NCBI RefSeq assembly: GCF_009914755.1
Contig: NC_060934.1
Reading direction: 5' to 3' (one strand)
From: the human T2T-CHM13v2.0 reference genome, Homo sapiens
Length of the DNA stretch: 64,000 nt
The position numbers and the translations under genes were made by a program. Of this stretch, positions 37,449 to 54,204 are shown piece after piece; position 1 is the stretch's first letter; every line of letters begins with the position of its first letter. Under the pieces are notes generated by a model that ran no database searches, was not told the DNA's origin, and saw only the letters and a program-made list of their open reading frames with translations.

Positions 37449-38215
37449 TTTTTTTTTTTTTTTTTTTTTTTGAGACGGAGTCTCGCTCTTGTCACCCAGG
37501 CTGGAGTAGGTGGCCCAATCTTGGCTCACTGCAACCTCCGCCTCCCGGGGTCAAGCGATTCTCCTGCCTCAGCCTCCTGAATAGCTGGGATTACAGGTGC
37601 CCACCACCATGTCCGGCTAATTTTTGTACTTTTAGTAGAAACGAGTTTTCACCATGTTGGTCAGGCTGGTCTCGAACTCCTGACCTCAGGTGATCCGCCT
37701 GCCTGGGCCTCCCAGAGTGCTGGGATTACAGGCGTGAGCCACCACACTCGGCCTGATTTTTTTTTTTTTTTTTTTGAGGCGGAGTGTTACTCTGTTGTCC
37801 AGGCTGGAGTGCAGTGGCACAACTTTGGCTCACTGTAACCTCCAACTCCTGGGTTCAAGTGATTCTCCTGCCTCAGCCTCCTAAGTAGCTGGGACTACAG
37901 GTGCGTGCCACCATGCCCAGCTAAGTTTTTGTATTTTTAGTAGAGACAGGGTTTCACCATGTTAGCCAGTATGGCCTCGATCTCCTGACCTCATGATCCC
38001 ACCTACCTTGGCCTCCCAAAGTGCTGGGATTACAGGCGTAAGCCACAGCGCCTGGCCCAATTTTTTTTTTTTTTTTTTTTTTTAAATAGAGACAAGATCT
38101 TGGCCATGTTGCCCAGACTGCTCTTGAACTCCTGAGAACTCCTGAGCTCCAGCTATTTGCCCACCTCAGCCTCCCAAAGTGCTGGGATTACAGGCTTGAA
38201 CCACCATGCCCAGCC
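37449..38215 (-). mobile_element. Three tandem antisense Alus (37449-37753, 37757-38057, 38061-38215)
   Basis: Successive T-tails and Alu bodies. Confidence 0.9.
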
Positions 38216-38251
38216 AAAAATGTGTTTTTTAAAAACATGAAGAGCTATGTA

Positions 38252-39107
38252 CAACTGACCCTGGAACAATTCAGGGGTTGGGACTGAGGACAGCCCGCCC
38301 AGTCGAAAAGCTTAATGTAATTTTTGACTCCCCATAAAATTAACTGGTAATAGCCTACTGTTGACCGGAAGTCTTAACAATGACATAAAGTCAATTAACA
38401 AATATTTTGTATGTCTATTATATACTGTATTCTTACAGTAAAGTAAGCTAGAGAAGTTATTATGAGCAAGAGAAAATACATTTACAGTACTGTACTTATT
38501 GATTCCTAAATTTCTGTTCTATGGTATCATTCGAAGTTTGCGAGATTGCACTAAACAACATTAAAAATTATGCAAGGACTGCGAGAGATCATTTCTTATT
38601 GCAATATGGTATTTAGTGGAGAGGTCAACTACTCACATGGAGATGTCAGCATCACACTGAGTTTTAAGCAGACATTCGCAACATTTGAGTTCAACACAGT
38701 AAAAACAGGAGGTGGCTAAAAACCTATCACAGCATGTACTAAAGTTAATTTTATGTAGTTATGAGTTAATACTGCATCTTTATGTTTGTTTATATTTCTC
38801 TCTACTGTAAATAGTGCCATGTCACGTCTCTGTGTGGGTAAAGTTCTGATATTTTAACTTTTTAAATAGATTTGTGTATATTTTATGGTAGCAAATGATA
38901 AAACTAAGATGTACATATATTTTATGCATTTATGACATACCTAACATTTTCTAAATTTTTAAAAATATTTCTAGGCTACATGGTTCATCTATGAGTTTTT
39001 TCAAATTGCTGCAAATCTCTAAAATATTTTGCAATATATTTATTTAAAAGTATCTGCATATAAATTGACTCTCAAAGTTCAAACCCACATTGTTCAAGTG
39101 TCAACTG
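38252..39107. mobile_element. Tigger2-family non-autonomous DNA transposon
   Basis: TIRs TA|caactgaccctggaacaa ... ttgttcaagtgtcaactg; internal aatagcctactgttgaccggaag. Confidence 0.85.
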
Positions 39108-40077
39108 CACAGAAGAATAGTGTATACGAGGGATGATATTGATTTAATTAAAATAAATAAGAAAAAGCCGAAACACAAAAATAGAGTATATCAAAACAAT
39201 ACCACAAAGTAGTTGCTAAATAAATTCCTATTGAAAGACTAAGCAGTTCAGTGTTACCTTAAGACAAGCCATTTTAATCAGGCAGACAAAGATATACAAC
39301 ACAATTTATAAATTTTAGAATGGTCTCATCTACAAAAGCGTATGTATATGTGTGTTATCTCTTAAAGAGGTAACAGGAAAAGAGGTCAAAGACAAGCAAC
39401 CTTCATTATTTTGATGAGACAGAACTGTTTGGACTTTACCTGGTCTGCTGTTGAGTATCAAAAGAGGTTATTACTCTCTTTATGTTTTGCTACCTTAAAT
39501 ATATGGTATTCATGATAAATTTACCTCTGTTAAATAACATTCTTAAAATTTATGACATATTATAGTTTAATATGTGTAGATTTTAAGACAGGTTTTCTGA
39601 GCAGAATTACAAAATAGAGACATAATCTCATATTGGAGGAAAATTGTGGGCAACTACTGGGAAGGAGGAAGTCTTAGATTTATTCAGTAAAATAGTTTGC
39701 TAAACTTCTTTCTGGTGGGGGAAAGATTCTTCATAGCTATCTTATGCTGCCAGGTAACTTTTCTTCCGTTTAGCTGAGACAAAAAACGGTTATCAAGCGA
39801 TAAGATAATGAAAAAGTATTTTTTTCCTTGATAAGAAATACTAGAAATCTAAATAAAGCAAATATTTTAACTTTAGGAAGTATTTTAACTTTTCTCCCTG
39901 GATTTTTCTGTCAATTCAGATTATAAGCTGAATGAAAGAGTCAAAAATGTTTGTGGTAAAAATTAGAGAATTTCAAAATTGCTAACACTGAAAAATACCA
40001 GATAAACCAAAGATAAAAGGTTCCTTGATTCTATTTAAATGTGAAAAAGAACCATAGTGAAGAGTAACTGATACTGA

Positions 40078-40440
<363 letters not shown>

Positions 40441-40760
40441 AATACTGTGTATTTTCTAGTATTAAACACTAAGAAAACTGAATCTACTAAACATTCTTAG
40501 TAAACAGTTTCTCTTTTTTTAACCTTAAAATGTATATTTTAGTCTGTGTATTATATATTCTCATTTAAAAATATCAATTTAGAGATCTCAAGTCTAACCA
40601 GAATCACCATAAGGCCAGAGTTTGTTCCCCGTAATTTTCTCAACTCTCATAATGTGAGCACCGTGCTCAAAAGGTAACTGTGATTCCAGTTACTGACATA
40701 CAAGAAAAATCGAGATGCAAGAAAATCAGCCTATCAAAATATATATTAAAAATTTATTCT

Positions 40761-41077
<317 letters not shown>

Positions 41078-42092
41078 TTATTCCAACACTAGAGAAAAAA
41101 AAAAAACTGTCCTGGATGAACTGACAAACAATAGGTTGGTATTCCCAACAAGGCCTTAAAAGTGAACTGAATTTAAGTGCATTTTTGCTTTATGTGCTGT
41201 GCCAACTTTGCAATTTAATCCTCTTCAGGATACAACTCCACTGACTCTGGAAGTGACTAAATGTTAACAGTATGACTTTGTGTAAACATATAGTTACTTA
41301 GAAAACCCCACTTAAGAATAAAATTTTTCCTTATATAAAATGACTTTACTATTAATATATAATATCACAGGTACTACGTATCAGATATACCTCATTATGA
41401 TTAAATCTTTAAATTTTAGTGTCATTATTCATTTTTTAAAAGCTGCCAGTTTACTAAATTATATAACCCTTCTCCATCTAATAAAACCTTATCAGAAAGT
41501 ACCAATATGAAAGATTAACTATTATGTGATATTAATAAACAGTTATCAATTATGCTTCCTTCAAAGCTTTTATATATCAAAATATGAAACTAGTTCTCAC
41601 TTGTAATATAACTGGTATTACAAACCATTAGTTCAATTCATGTGGATTCAGCAAAACTTTATTATAGGTGTTTGATTTTTAAATTTTAATTTAGCATATT
41701 CTTAGAACTACTGATACTGAACATGACCTTTAAAAAAATCTTTTTATTTTTGTAAGGTGATAGGTACACACAGCCAAAACTTTCAATCATAATCCTCTGG
41801 AAGAACTAATTCAGTATATAAACCTAAGACATACAAAACAGTTACAAAACTGTAAAATGAAACTATGTAAGATCATGTTCCTTAAATTTTCCTTAAAATC
41901 GTCTCATAACCTAACACAATGAAAAACAACTGCAATGCCCTACAGAAAATAAGCACCTGCAGAAAAAGATACAGTCTGGCAACTGCTGATACTATCAATT
42001 CATCACTTCATTCTTAAACATTAAGGCAACTCCTTCCCCTTCCTGTACGCTCAATCCATGAAGTTGAAGAAAACAGAGCTTACAGTGTTTTT

Positions 42093-42145
42093 GCTGAACT
42101 CCCACAACTACACAGCTGAACCCCCACAACTACACAGCTGAACCC
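42093..42145. repeat. 22-bp tandem repeat, about 2.4 copies
   Basis: gctgaac(t/c)cccacaactacaca starts at 42093, 42115 and 42137. Confidence 0.9.
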
Positions 42146-44261
42146 ATTTCATTCTCTAAAGAAATACTGTCCTTCAGAGAAGAGGCTTTAAAGTGGATTC
42201 ATGCAGTATCCTGCCCTTAGCGAGAAGTTCCAGATAGGATAACTTCTCTGTGATGCATTTAACCCCTATCAAAAAGCCTCTATTAAAAAATAAAAAAGCC
42301 AACCAAAGACGATACTTGCGATTAAATAACACTAAAATAAGAGAAACTTATAACAGTGTTTAAATTGTTATACATGATCATGGAAAACATGATCATGGAA
42401 AAAATAACACACATCAAACCCTAATAACAATTAACTACATAGCCGAAGACATTTTAAATCTCAAAGTAACACATAATTCACAAAACAATCAGCATTTATC
42501 TTAGTTTTTTTTTTTTAATAATAAACATTTAAAAGTCAGCTGAATTGCAATCCGTAATTGCAGGAAAAATCTATCTCATTTTATGCATGTTTTTCAATGT
42601 ATTCTTAATATTTTAGAGAGCATGTGATATTATAAAAAAATAATTTAAACATTTCTTTGGCATGTTACTAAAGCATGAAAGGCCTGTCAAGTAACAAGGG
42701 GAAAACTGTCTTTTTGGCTGATCATGCTGTGCTGGCAATTTCTCAAACATCTGCTAAAGGTCAGATTTCCACTGCATGGAACCAATCAATGGAATTATAC
42801 AATTCTCCTACCACTTTAAGAAGCTAAACAAAGAACACTATTTTACATAAGTAATGAAATATAACTTAGCTTTGTAATAAATTGTAGCAAAGCCACCCCC
42901 TTATCACAGAATTCACACATTTTAAAAATGCTTACAAAATTCTATTTGCTAAATTTTAACCTGTTTACTGTATTCATCAAATATGTATACAAAACTCTAA
43001 TTTTCCTTTGGTAAAAACTAAACAATTGATTTTTCAATTTCACACTGCAAAAAGTGCTGCATGTTCAAATAAAATTTTAAGGATGATTTTAACAATAAAT
43101 ATTTATCATTTACTAGTCTGAAAACATCTAACAGTGGGTCACTAAGAATACAGAATCACTTTGCAACTAATTCACATTACTAGGTGACTGAGTTTACACA
43201 AGAAGTTACATTGTTAAAACTAAACTTGTCACAGGATCATACTGATTTCTCTGTGATCAAAGTCACTGACGGCACCTACTTTGAAAAAATTTTTTACCCA
43301 AACCATCTTGAAAATATTTCACAGCCTACAACTCAGGAAACTTGCCCAATTATTTAAACAAGTAATTGAATGCAACCGGTTATCAAAGAATTGGAAGTTA
43401 AATATGTTAAGAAGCATGCTCAATGTACATACATAGATGACGTACTACTATATTGGGTTTTTAAAAGCAGAAATTAAATTAAAGCTCAACTTAAAATGCT
43501 TTTTCCTTCAAAGTACCACCCTATGTAGTTAAATACTCAAATTGCTACCAAACTTTTAGTATGTATATTATGGCTATAAAGTGATGATAAAGATTTAAAA
43601 TATGCCCCTTTTTATAAGCCTGCCCAATTACAAATGAACAATTTTAAATTCTGGATTAAAACACTTTGCCCAATGGCCCTCATAAAATTAGTGGGCAAAA
43701 TCTGAAAAATCAAGTGACTACACAGACTTGTTAAAAAGCTTAATGTTAACATTTTGATAACACAGTAATCTTGTGCCTCATTTAAAAATATGGTGAAACT
43801 GACTAGGAAATGGATGGATACAACTGTCTCTGTGATTATGCTATATTCTACAGAAGTTCCATCATATTGTATATGTTAAATATTTCCTTCCAAACAATGA
43901 AAAAATAGAGAATTTACTTCTAATGAAACTTGTATTAAGAAAGTTAGGTCCTAAACAATCCACTCCCTTAAGGAACACTGCAAGGCAACTGGAATAAGCC
44001 AGTTATTGTCAACAATTAGACTGGTATCATTTTCCTGTGTAACATAGACAAGTTTTTATTTTTCAACGAACTCAACTATTTCAGGTCATAATTTTGCTCT
44101 AATAAACCTAATGACTTTATAGAGGCTTAAAACTTAATTCTAAAGAAAGATCAACATTGAGACTGCGTTAAATATTTTCCAAAAATATTCTCATCATAGA
44201 AAGATAAATAACCTTTAGCTTTTAAGGGGCCTAAATCAAAATCATATTCTGTTTTATTGTG

Positions 44262-44458
44262 TTACAGCAGTAGCTCAATAATTTAGGTATGCATCAGAAC
44301 CTAATTGAGGGCTTTTAAAGCAAACTGCTTAGCCATACTACTATAGTTTCTCATTCAGAAGATCTGAGGCAGGATCAGATAATTTGCATTTCAAACAAAA
44401 TCCCAAGTAATGCCAATGCTACCTGGTCTGGGGACCACACTTTAAAAATTACCATACT
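44262..44458. mobile_element. MER5A
   Basis: tgcatcagaacc...ttcagaagatctgagg...aatttgcatttcaaacaaaatccca...ggggaccacacttt. Confidence 0.8.
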
Positions 44459-44956
44459 ATAGAATACTTATAAAATGCATCCTGACAAAATATCTCATCT
44501 ATCCTGCATACAGTTTTGAAATTAATCTTCCCTTTAACCACATTTAAGAGGCACTAAGTGGTTATTCAGAAATTATCCCATGATTTTCCACTGCCACTAA
44601 CATCCAAATTTATTATGTCTGGTACTGAAGGTACAACAAATAAAACAATTAGATTTAATCTCAATTTTCCTTTATGGCTCAAAGGAAAGGATACCTTCAC
44701 AATTTTTTCTTAAAGCCATGCCAAAACCAGTTAATATTTTCTATGCACTTATGTATCAGACATTATCAGGTGCTGAGTTACAAACAATAAAAGGCTTACA
44801 GCAGAGAAATACTAAAAATAAATTTAAAAGGCCACCCTACTGAAAGGACAGACATATAAACAAATAATTAAAATATCATGTGGGGGGGGTTTCTGCTTCC
44901 CGTATATTTGAGAACAGCATCAAACATTCCCATGACCATTAAAAATCTAGATAAGG

Positions 44957-45623
<667 letters not shown>

Positions 45624-46011
45624 CTACTGAGCCAAGACCTGAAAAGGTGAGAAACCCAGGGAGAGAAATAAGCAAAGCACTGTCAGCTACTTTTGTCCTG
45701 GGGTTGAAAGGCCAAGAAATAGACTTGGTGGCTTCTACAGAATAGATCTAAAAAAGTCCAAATCTAGGGTTCCAACAAAGGTAAAGACCCTGATTGAGTT
45801 AGAATTCAGAAAGGCTATATCCTGGGAGCAAAAGTAACCCAGAATTAAGTCAGTTCCTTTATGGTCTGCAGTCCAGCTTTGAGTAATCAAGGTGGCTTAG
45901 AAAATCTCAAATCACACTAAGAAAAGGATAGTTAATCAGACAATCCCTATCACCAGGCACCTGGATGAAAGAAATACAAATCCTCCATGAAATTAAAAAA
46001 AAAAAAAAAAA

Positions 46012-46320
<309 letters not shown>

Positions 46321-46570
46321 TTATTTCTACAACTAATTTTTCAAATGAAGGGCCCAGCACACAATCACAGATAAACAAGTACATGAGAAAATAAGGTGAC
46401 ATGAAGAAAAACCAGCAGAATCAATAAACAACAAAATTTGTAAGTATTTCTGTAAAACTAAATGCCAACAAAAGTACCACATATGAAAATTTGTGAACAC
46501 AGTGTAAGAATAAAGGGGAAAATCTAAAGGCTCAAATGGGTCTTTAAGGCCCATTTAAAGACTAAAAAAG

Positions 46571-46892
46571 GGCTGGGCATGGGGGCTCACATTCTGTAAT
46601 CCCAGCAGTTTGGGAGGCAGAGGCAGGTGTAGCATAGATCGCTTGAACTTTGTAGTTCAAGACCAGCCTGGACAACATGGCAAAACCCCGTCTTCACATA
46701 AAATACAAAAATTAGCCAGGCATGGTGGCACACGCCTTTAGTCCCAGCTACATGGGGGGTGGGGGGCGCGGGGCAGGGTCTGAGGCAGGAGGATCACTTG
46801 AGCCCGGGAATCTGAGGAGGCAATGAGCCATCTTTGCCCCAGCCTGGGTAACAAAACGAGACCCAGTCTCAAAAAAAAAAAAAAAAAAAAAA
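46571..46892 (+). mobile_element. AluJ-like with a G-rich insertion
   Basis: Alu dimer; G-runs at 46754-46778. Confidence 0.85.
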
Positions 46893-47078
46893 GGAGGCTG
46901 GGAAAGAAAGAATTAGTTAAGAACACCTGACAAAATTAGAAAGAGAACTGCAAAACAGACAAACTCTAAGAAAGTAAAAGGAAAGAAAATAAAGAGCAGA
47001 GCAGAAAACAACAAAGTACAAAACAAACATTGTATAATGGAGACCAAAAAACCAAAACATGCATTTTTGAAAATATTA

Positions 47079-47520
<442 letters not shown>

Positions 47521-47709
47521 TTATTGCCATAAAGTTGGCAATTATCTCTAGGTAGAAGAAGAGATTTGTGATGATTGGGAAGTTGAACTGGTGGAGGTTC
47601 TGGAGTGCTGGCAATATTCTAGTTCTTGACCTGGGGGATAGTTACACAGGTGCTCTTCAGAATGATTAGTTGAGTTGTACATTTGTACTTTGTGTACTTT
47701 TTGTTATTA

Positions 47710-48125
47710 TTTTGAACTGCTGTGCTCCTTCCCCCCAATTAATATATTGAAGTCCTAACCCCTGATGTGTCTGACTATATTTGCAGATAGGACCTTTAAG
47801 GAGATAATTAAGAATAAATGAGATCATATGGGTGAGACCCTGAAGTGAAATCTGATTAAGACTGGAGTACTTTTAAGAGGAAGAAATATCAGAGCTTCAC
47901 TTCCTCTTTGCTTCTCTTACCCTGTCATACACAAGAGAAGGCCATGTGAGGACATGGCAAGAAAGCAGCTTTCTGCAACCCAGGAAGAGAGCCCACACTA
48001 GAAACCAACCCTGATGACACTGTGATCTTGAATTTGTGGCCTCCAGAACTGTGAGAAAATTAATTTCTGTTTTTAAGCTACCTGTCTATGATATTTTGCT
48101 ATAGCAACCCTAGCAAACTAATACA
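47710..48125 (+). mobile_element. MLT1B-like MaLR LTR
   Basis: attgaagtcctaacccc...gcctccagaactgtgagaaaat...tatagcaaccctagcaaactaataca. Confidence 0.82.
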
Positions 48126-48261
48126 GTCCCGTTTCACTTTTTAAAAGATTAAAAATACAAGGTGTTAAATTTAAAGATAAAAATACAATGAAACATTTTT
48201 TGAGATCATAGAAGAGAGAGACACCATTTATTATAAAAACAATGTGTATTTTAAAAGAAGG

Positions 48262-48557
48262 GGCTGGGCGCAGCGGCTCACACTTGTAAACCCAGCACTT
48301 TGGAAGATCGAGGTGGGTGGATCACCTGAGGTTGGTAATTCAAGACCAGCCTGGTCAACATGGTGAAACCCCAGTTCTACTAAAAATACAAAAATCAGCC
48401 ATGTGTGGTGGTGTGCGCCTGTAATCCCAGCTACTTGGGAGGCTGAGGCAGGAGAATCGCTTGAACCCAGGAGGCGGGGTTGCAGTGAGCCAACTGCACT
48501 CCAGCCTGGGCAACAGAGCAGGACTCTGTCTCATGTCTCATTTAAAAATAAAAAAAA
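48262..48557 (+). mobile_element. AluS
   Basis: Alu dimer. Confidence 0.88.
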
Positions 48558-48964
48558 GAACACTTGCCATTTGCTCATGTTAATATGGCAAATAATAGAT
48601 CTATTTTACCTTTTTCACACTTCTGCTTACAAGATTTCCTCCATCTGGAATATCTTATATTTTCTACTCAGCCCAAGCACTTTTCTTCAGAACATTAATT
48701 CTAATCATATATATTCAAAGCAGGAGACTCTACTGTAGACCCACTCAATGAACATTAAACGTACTGGACTTCCAAACTATATGCTACTTTTTGCGTAGAG
48801 AGCATGAGGGCAATAATATGCTTCCTGAATTTGATTACCACAAAAATAAATAGTGGAACTTGGGAAAGTTTAAATCATGGGCACAGAAAATATTCAAATG
48901 GATGATATAGCCTTTGCCATTCCATACTAACGAGAGGGCAGTTTAGTGAAAAGGTATTCACATG

Positions 48965-50195
<1,231 letters not shown>

Positions 50196-50219
50196 TATTT
50201 TTTTAATTAAAAAATGGAT

Positions 50220-50817
<598 letters not shown>

Positions 50818-51630
50818 TAAATAATCTGGATCTATCATTCAGACCTGAACATCATGATAAAAGGTATTACAATTTCTTGAGAAAAAAGTATAAACTGCTC
50901 AATCAGCAAAAGCAAACTCTCGACACCAGATTTTCTTTACTCAGAGAAATAAAAGTGATGATACATTTGGGGTATTATAAGACCACATTCAAATCTGCAA
51001 TGGGACATCAAGAAAACTTTTTCAGAACTGAACACAATCAATGAGTAAGTTAGAAATCCTCCCGCCACTATTTCTCATGCTGAAACATTCAACCCTTCAG
51101 CTTTTAACTGTGGCCGCTCACCAACTTACCAGCTTGAAAATATCTTTCCATAATTTCTACTCTATTACACATAAACACCTAGAACTACAGGACACAGGCA
51201 CTAACTACTTAACTGCTATTTCTAATTTTAGAAATTCACCTTATTTTCTGGGAAAAAAATAAAAGTGGAAAAGATGGGAACCCTGAAGTAAAATATAGGT
51301 ATAAATACAGATAAAATTTTGAACAACTGCAAATAATATATTTCCTTTAAACTGACATGAAGCTATTAATACTATATCCTTAAATTATAAAAAATTTTAA
51401 AACTGAATTTTGATATAGTCAGGCATGCAGGGGAGGCCAGAAAGCCAAAATTTTTAGGTGAATTTTAAAACACAGTAAAAAATTCAGTGGTAGTTTAGAT
51501 CTTATGAGATTAAAAGTCTCTATACAATCTACAAAGAAATAAGGAGTGATGAAACTGCTCCTGTGAATTCTCTAAACCATGTCCAAACTGCATATCACAT
51601 GACAAATAAAATCTCAGTCAAAACTGAAAA

Positions 51631-51942
<312 letters not shown>

Positions 51943-52224
51943 TTAAACATTTTATATGACCGAATACTCTGCAAATACATTCCCCTCAACGGAAATATAT
52001 TCTATGTGAGTGTTCTTGAATTTGGAGATATGCAAAGGCCAAGGACACAGCCCTACTGAATGTCAATGTTTACTATGTAAGTTAGGGAAAACACATACAC
52101 AGGCATAAGTTTAAAAACAAATTTTAAGACATTTTTGTAGGCATTATTTTTCTATATTGTTCTTCTATATTTATTTTTCGGTAAGATGTAAAAGGATGTG
52201 ACACAATGCATTTAAGAATTTCTT

Positions 52225-52869
<645 letters not shown>

Positions 52870-53262
52870 TCACAAGAAAGAAAATGAAATATATGAAGTT
52901 TTTTCCTTTTCACCACTAGTTTTAGAAGTCTTACTCTGAGTATCTAGTGTAAGATAATATTTTCTCCAAAAGAGAAAAAGATAGAAAATTAGTAATGTAC
53001 TTGGCTTCATGACTCCATTACTGATTTAGCATAGTTAAAAATACACTTTATCATCAAGTATAAAACTAACTAATCAGATGTTTTAACATTCCCTTTGCTT
53101 CGATTATTTCCTTAAAAAGCACAGATTTAAAAATAACTTTAAGACATCCTCGTTAAAAATAAGTATCATGGTTTATAATGTGGTTTGTGTATGTAAGTAA
53201 TGCCGTCCACACTTATAACAGCATTTGCTATACACAACTCTTTTAAGATATATTAAGACAGC

Positions 53263-54204
53263 GGACAACTCATGGCGGTGGCGGCAGCAGCTGCTTGGGC
53301 ATTGGTGCAGTGGTGACTGAGCTACGAGCCTGGCGGCGGGTGTTCGCCGAGCTCCGGTCCCCGCGTGTCTCCCAGAAGGCGGTGAACACCTGGTCCCAGG
53401 AACTCTGGAGCCCACTCCAGCCGGGACGATGGTGAAGTATTTCCTGGGCCAGGGCGTGCTCCAGAGTTCCTGGGACCAAGTGTTCACCGCCTTCTGGCAT
53501 CAGTACCCAAATCCCTATAGCAAACATGTCTTGACGGAAGACACAGTACACCGGGAGGTGACTGCTGACCAGAAACTGCTGTCCCAGCAACTCCTGACCA
53601 AGACCAACAGGATGTCCCACTGGGCCAAGCAACTGTTTCCTGCCAATGTTCTTCATTCAGTGTACATCCTGGAGGACTCTATTGTGGACCCACAGAATCA
53701 GACCATGACCACCTTCACCTGGAACATCAACCATGCCCGGCTGATGGTGGTGGAGAAACAGTGTGTTTACTGTATGAACTCTAACAACAGTGGCTGGACC
53801 GAAATCCGCAGAGAAGCCTGGGTCTCCTCTAGCTTATTTGGTGTCTCCAGAAGTGTCCAGGAATTTGGTCTTGCCCAGTTCAAAAGCAACGTGACCAAGA
53901 CTATGAAGGGTTTTGAATATATCTTGGCAAAGATGAAATGCAAGGCCCCTTCTAAAACACTTGTTGAGACAGCCAAGGAAGCCAAGGAGCAGGCAAAGGA
54001 GATGGCACTGGCAGCTACAGAGAAGGCAAGGACCTCACCAGCAAGGCAGCCACCTAGAAGCAGCAGCAGCAGCAGTTTGTGTGGCCAGCTCATTGCCACC
54101 ACAGCATCCCAGACAGTTTGGCTTAGCCCCCTCTGTGCTGTCCACTGTACTTTATCATTAAAAATCAATTTCCAGCCCTAAAAATACACACAACACACAT
54201 ATAT
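53263..54204 (+). pseudogene. PRELID1P3: Processed retrocopy of PRELID1 (probably PRELID1P3)
   Basis: Intronless. GC-rich 5'UTR, ORF MVKYFLGQGVLQSSWDQVF... recognisable as PRELID1, ATTAAA at 54157-54162, decayed A-tail, and TSD ATATATTAAGACAGC at 53248-53262 and 54205-54219. The P3 number is recalled from the locus, not verified. Confidence 0.9.
53429..54181 (+). CDS. Residual 250-codon ORF of the PRELID1 retrocopy (intact PRELI/MSF1 domain, frameshifted C-terminus); translation unproven
   Basis: Strong Kozak context ACGATGG and no stop for 250 codons. About 200 aa are colinear with PRELID1, then a 1-bp deletion near 54026. Confidence 0.3.
   Translation: MVKYFLGQGVLQSSWDQVFTAFWHQYPNPYSKHVLTEDTVHREVTADQKLLSQQLLTKTNRMSHWAKQLFPANVLHSVYILEDSIVDPQNQTMTTFTWNINHARLMVVEKQCVYCMNSNNSGWTEIRREAWVSSSLFGVSRSVQEFGLAQFKSNVTKTMKGFEYILAKMKCKAPSKTLVETAKEAKEQAKEMALAATEKARTSPARQPPRSSSSSSLCGQLIATTASQTVWLSPLCAVHCTLSLKINFQP

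Noticed and set aside
39430-39800. Possible cryptic minus-strand exon (acceptor TTTTTTGTCTCAG| near 39773; donors CAG|GTAAAG near 39439 or GAG|GTAAAT near 39523)
   Set aside because: Splice-like motifs are frequent by chance; no coding signal or transcript evidence available.
42093-42145. Direct repeats as CRISPR-like array
   Set aside because: Eukaryotic context, head-to-tail repeats with no unique spacers, no cas genes.
53173-54168. Minus-strand ORFs of 104, 128 and 133 aa and the 66-aa + ORF
   Set aside because: Shadow frames of the GC-rich PRELID1 retrocopy.
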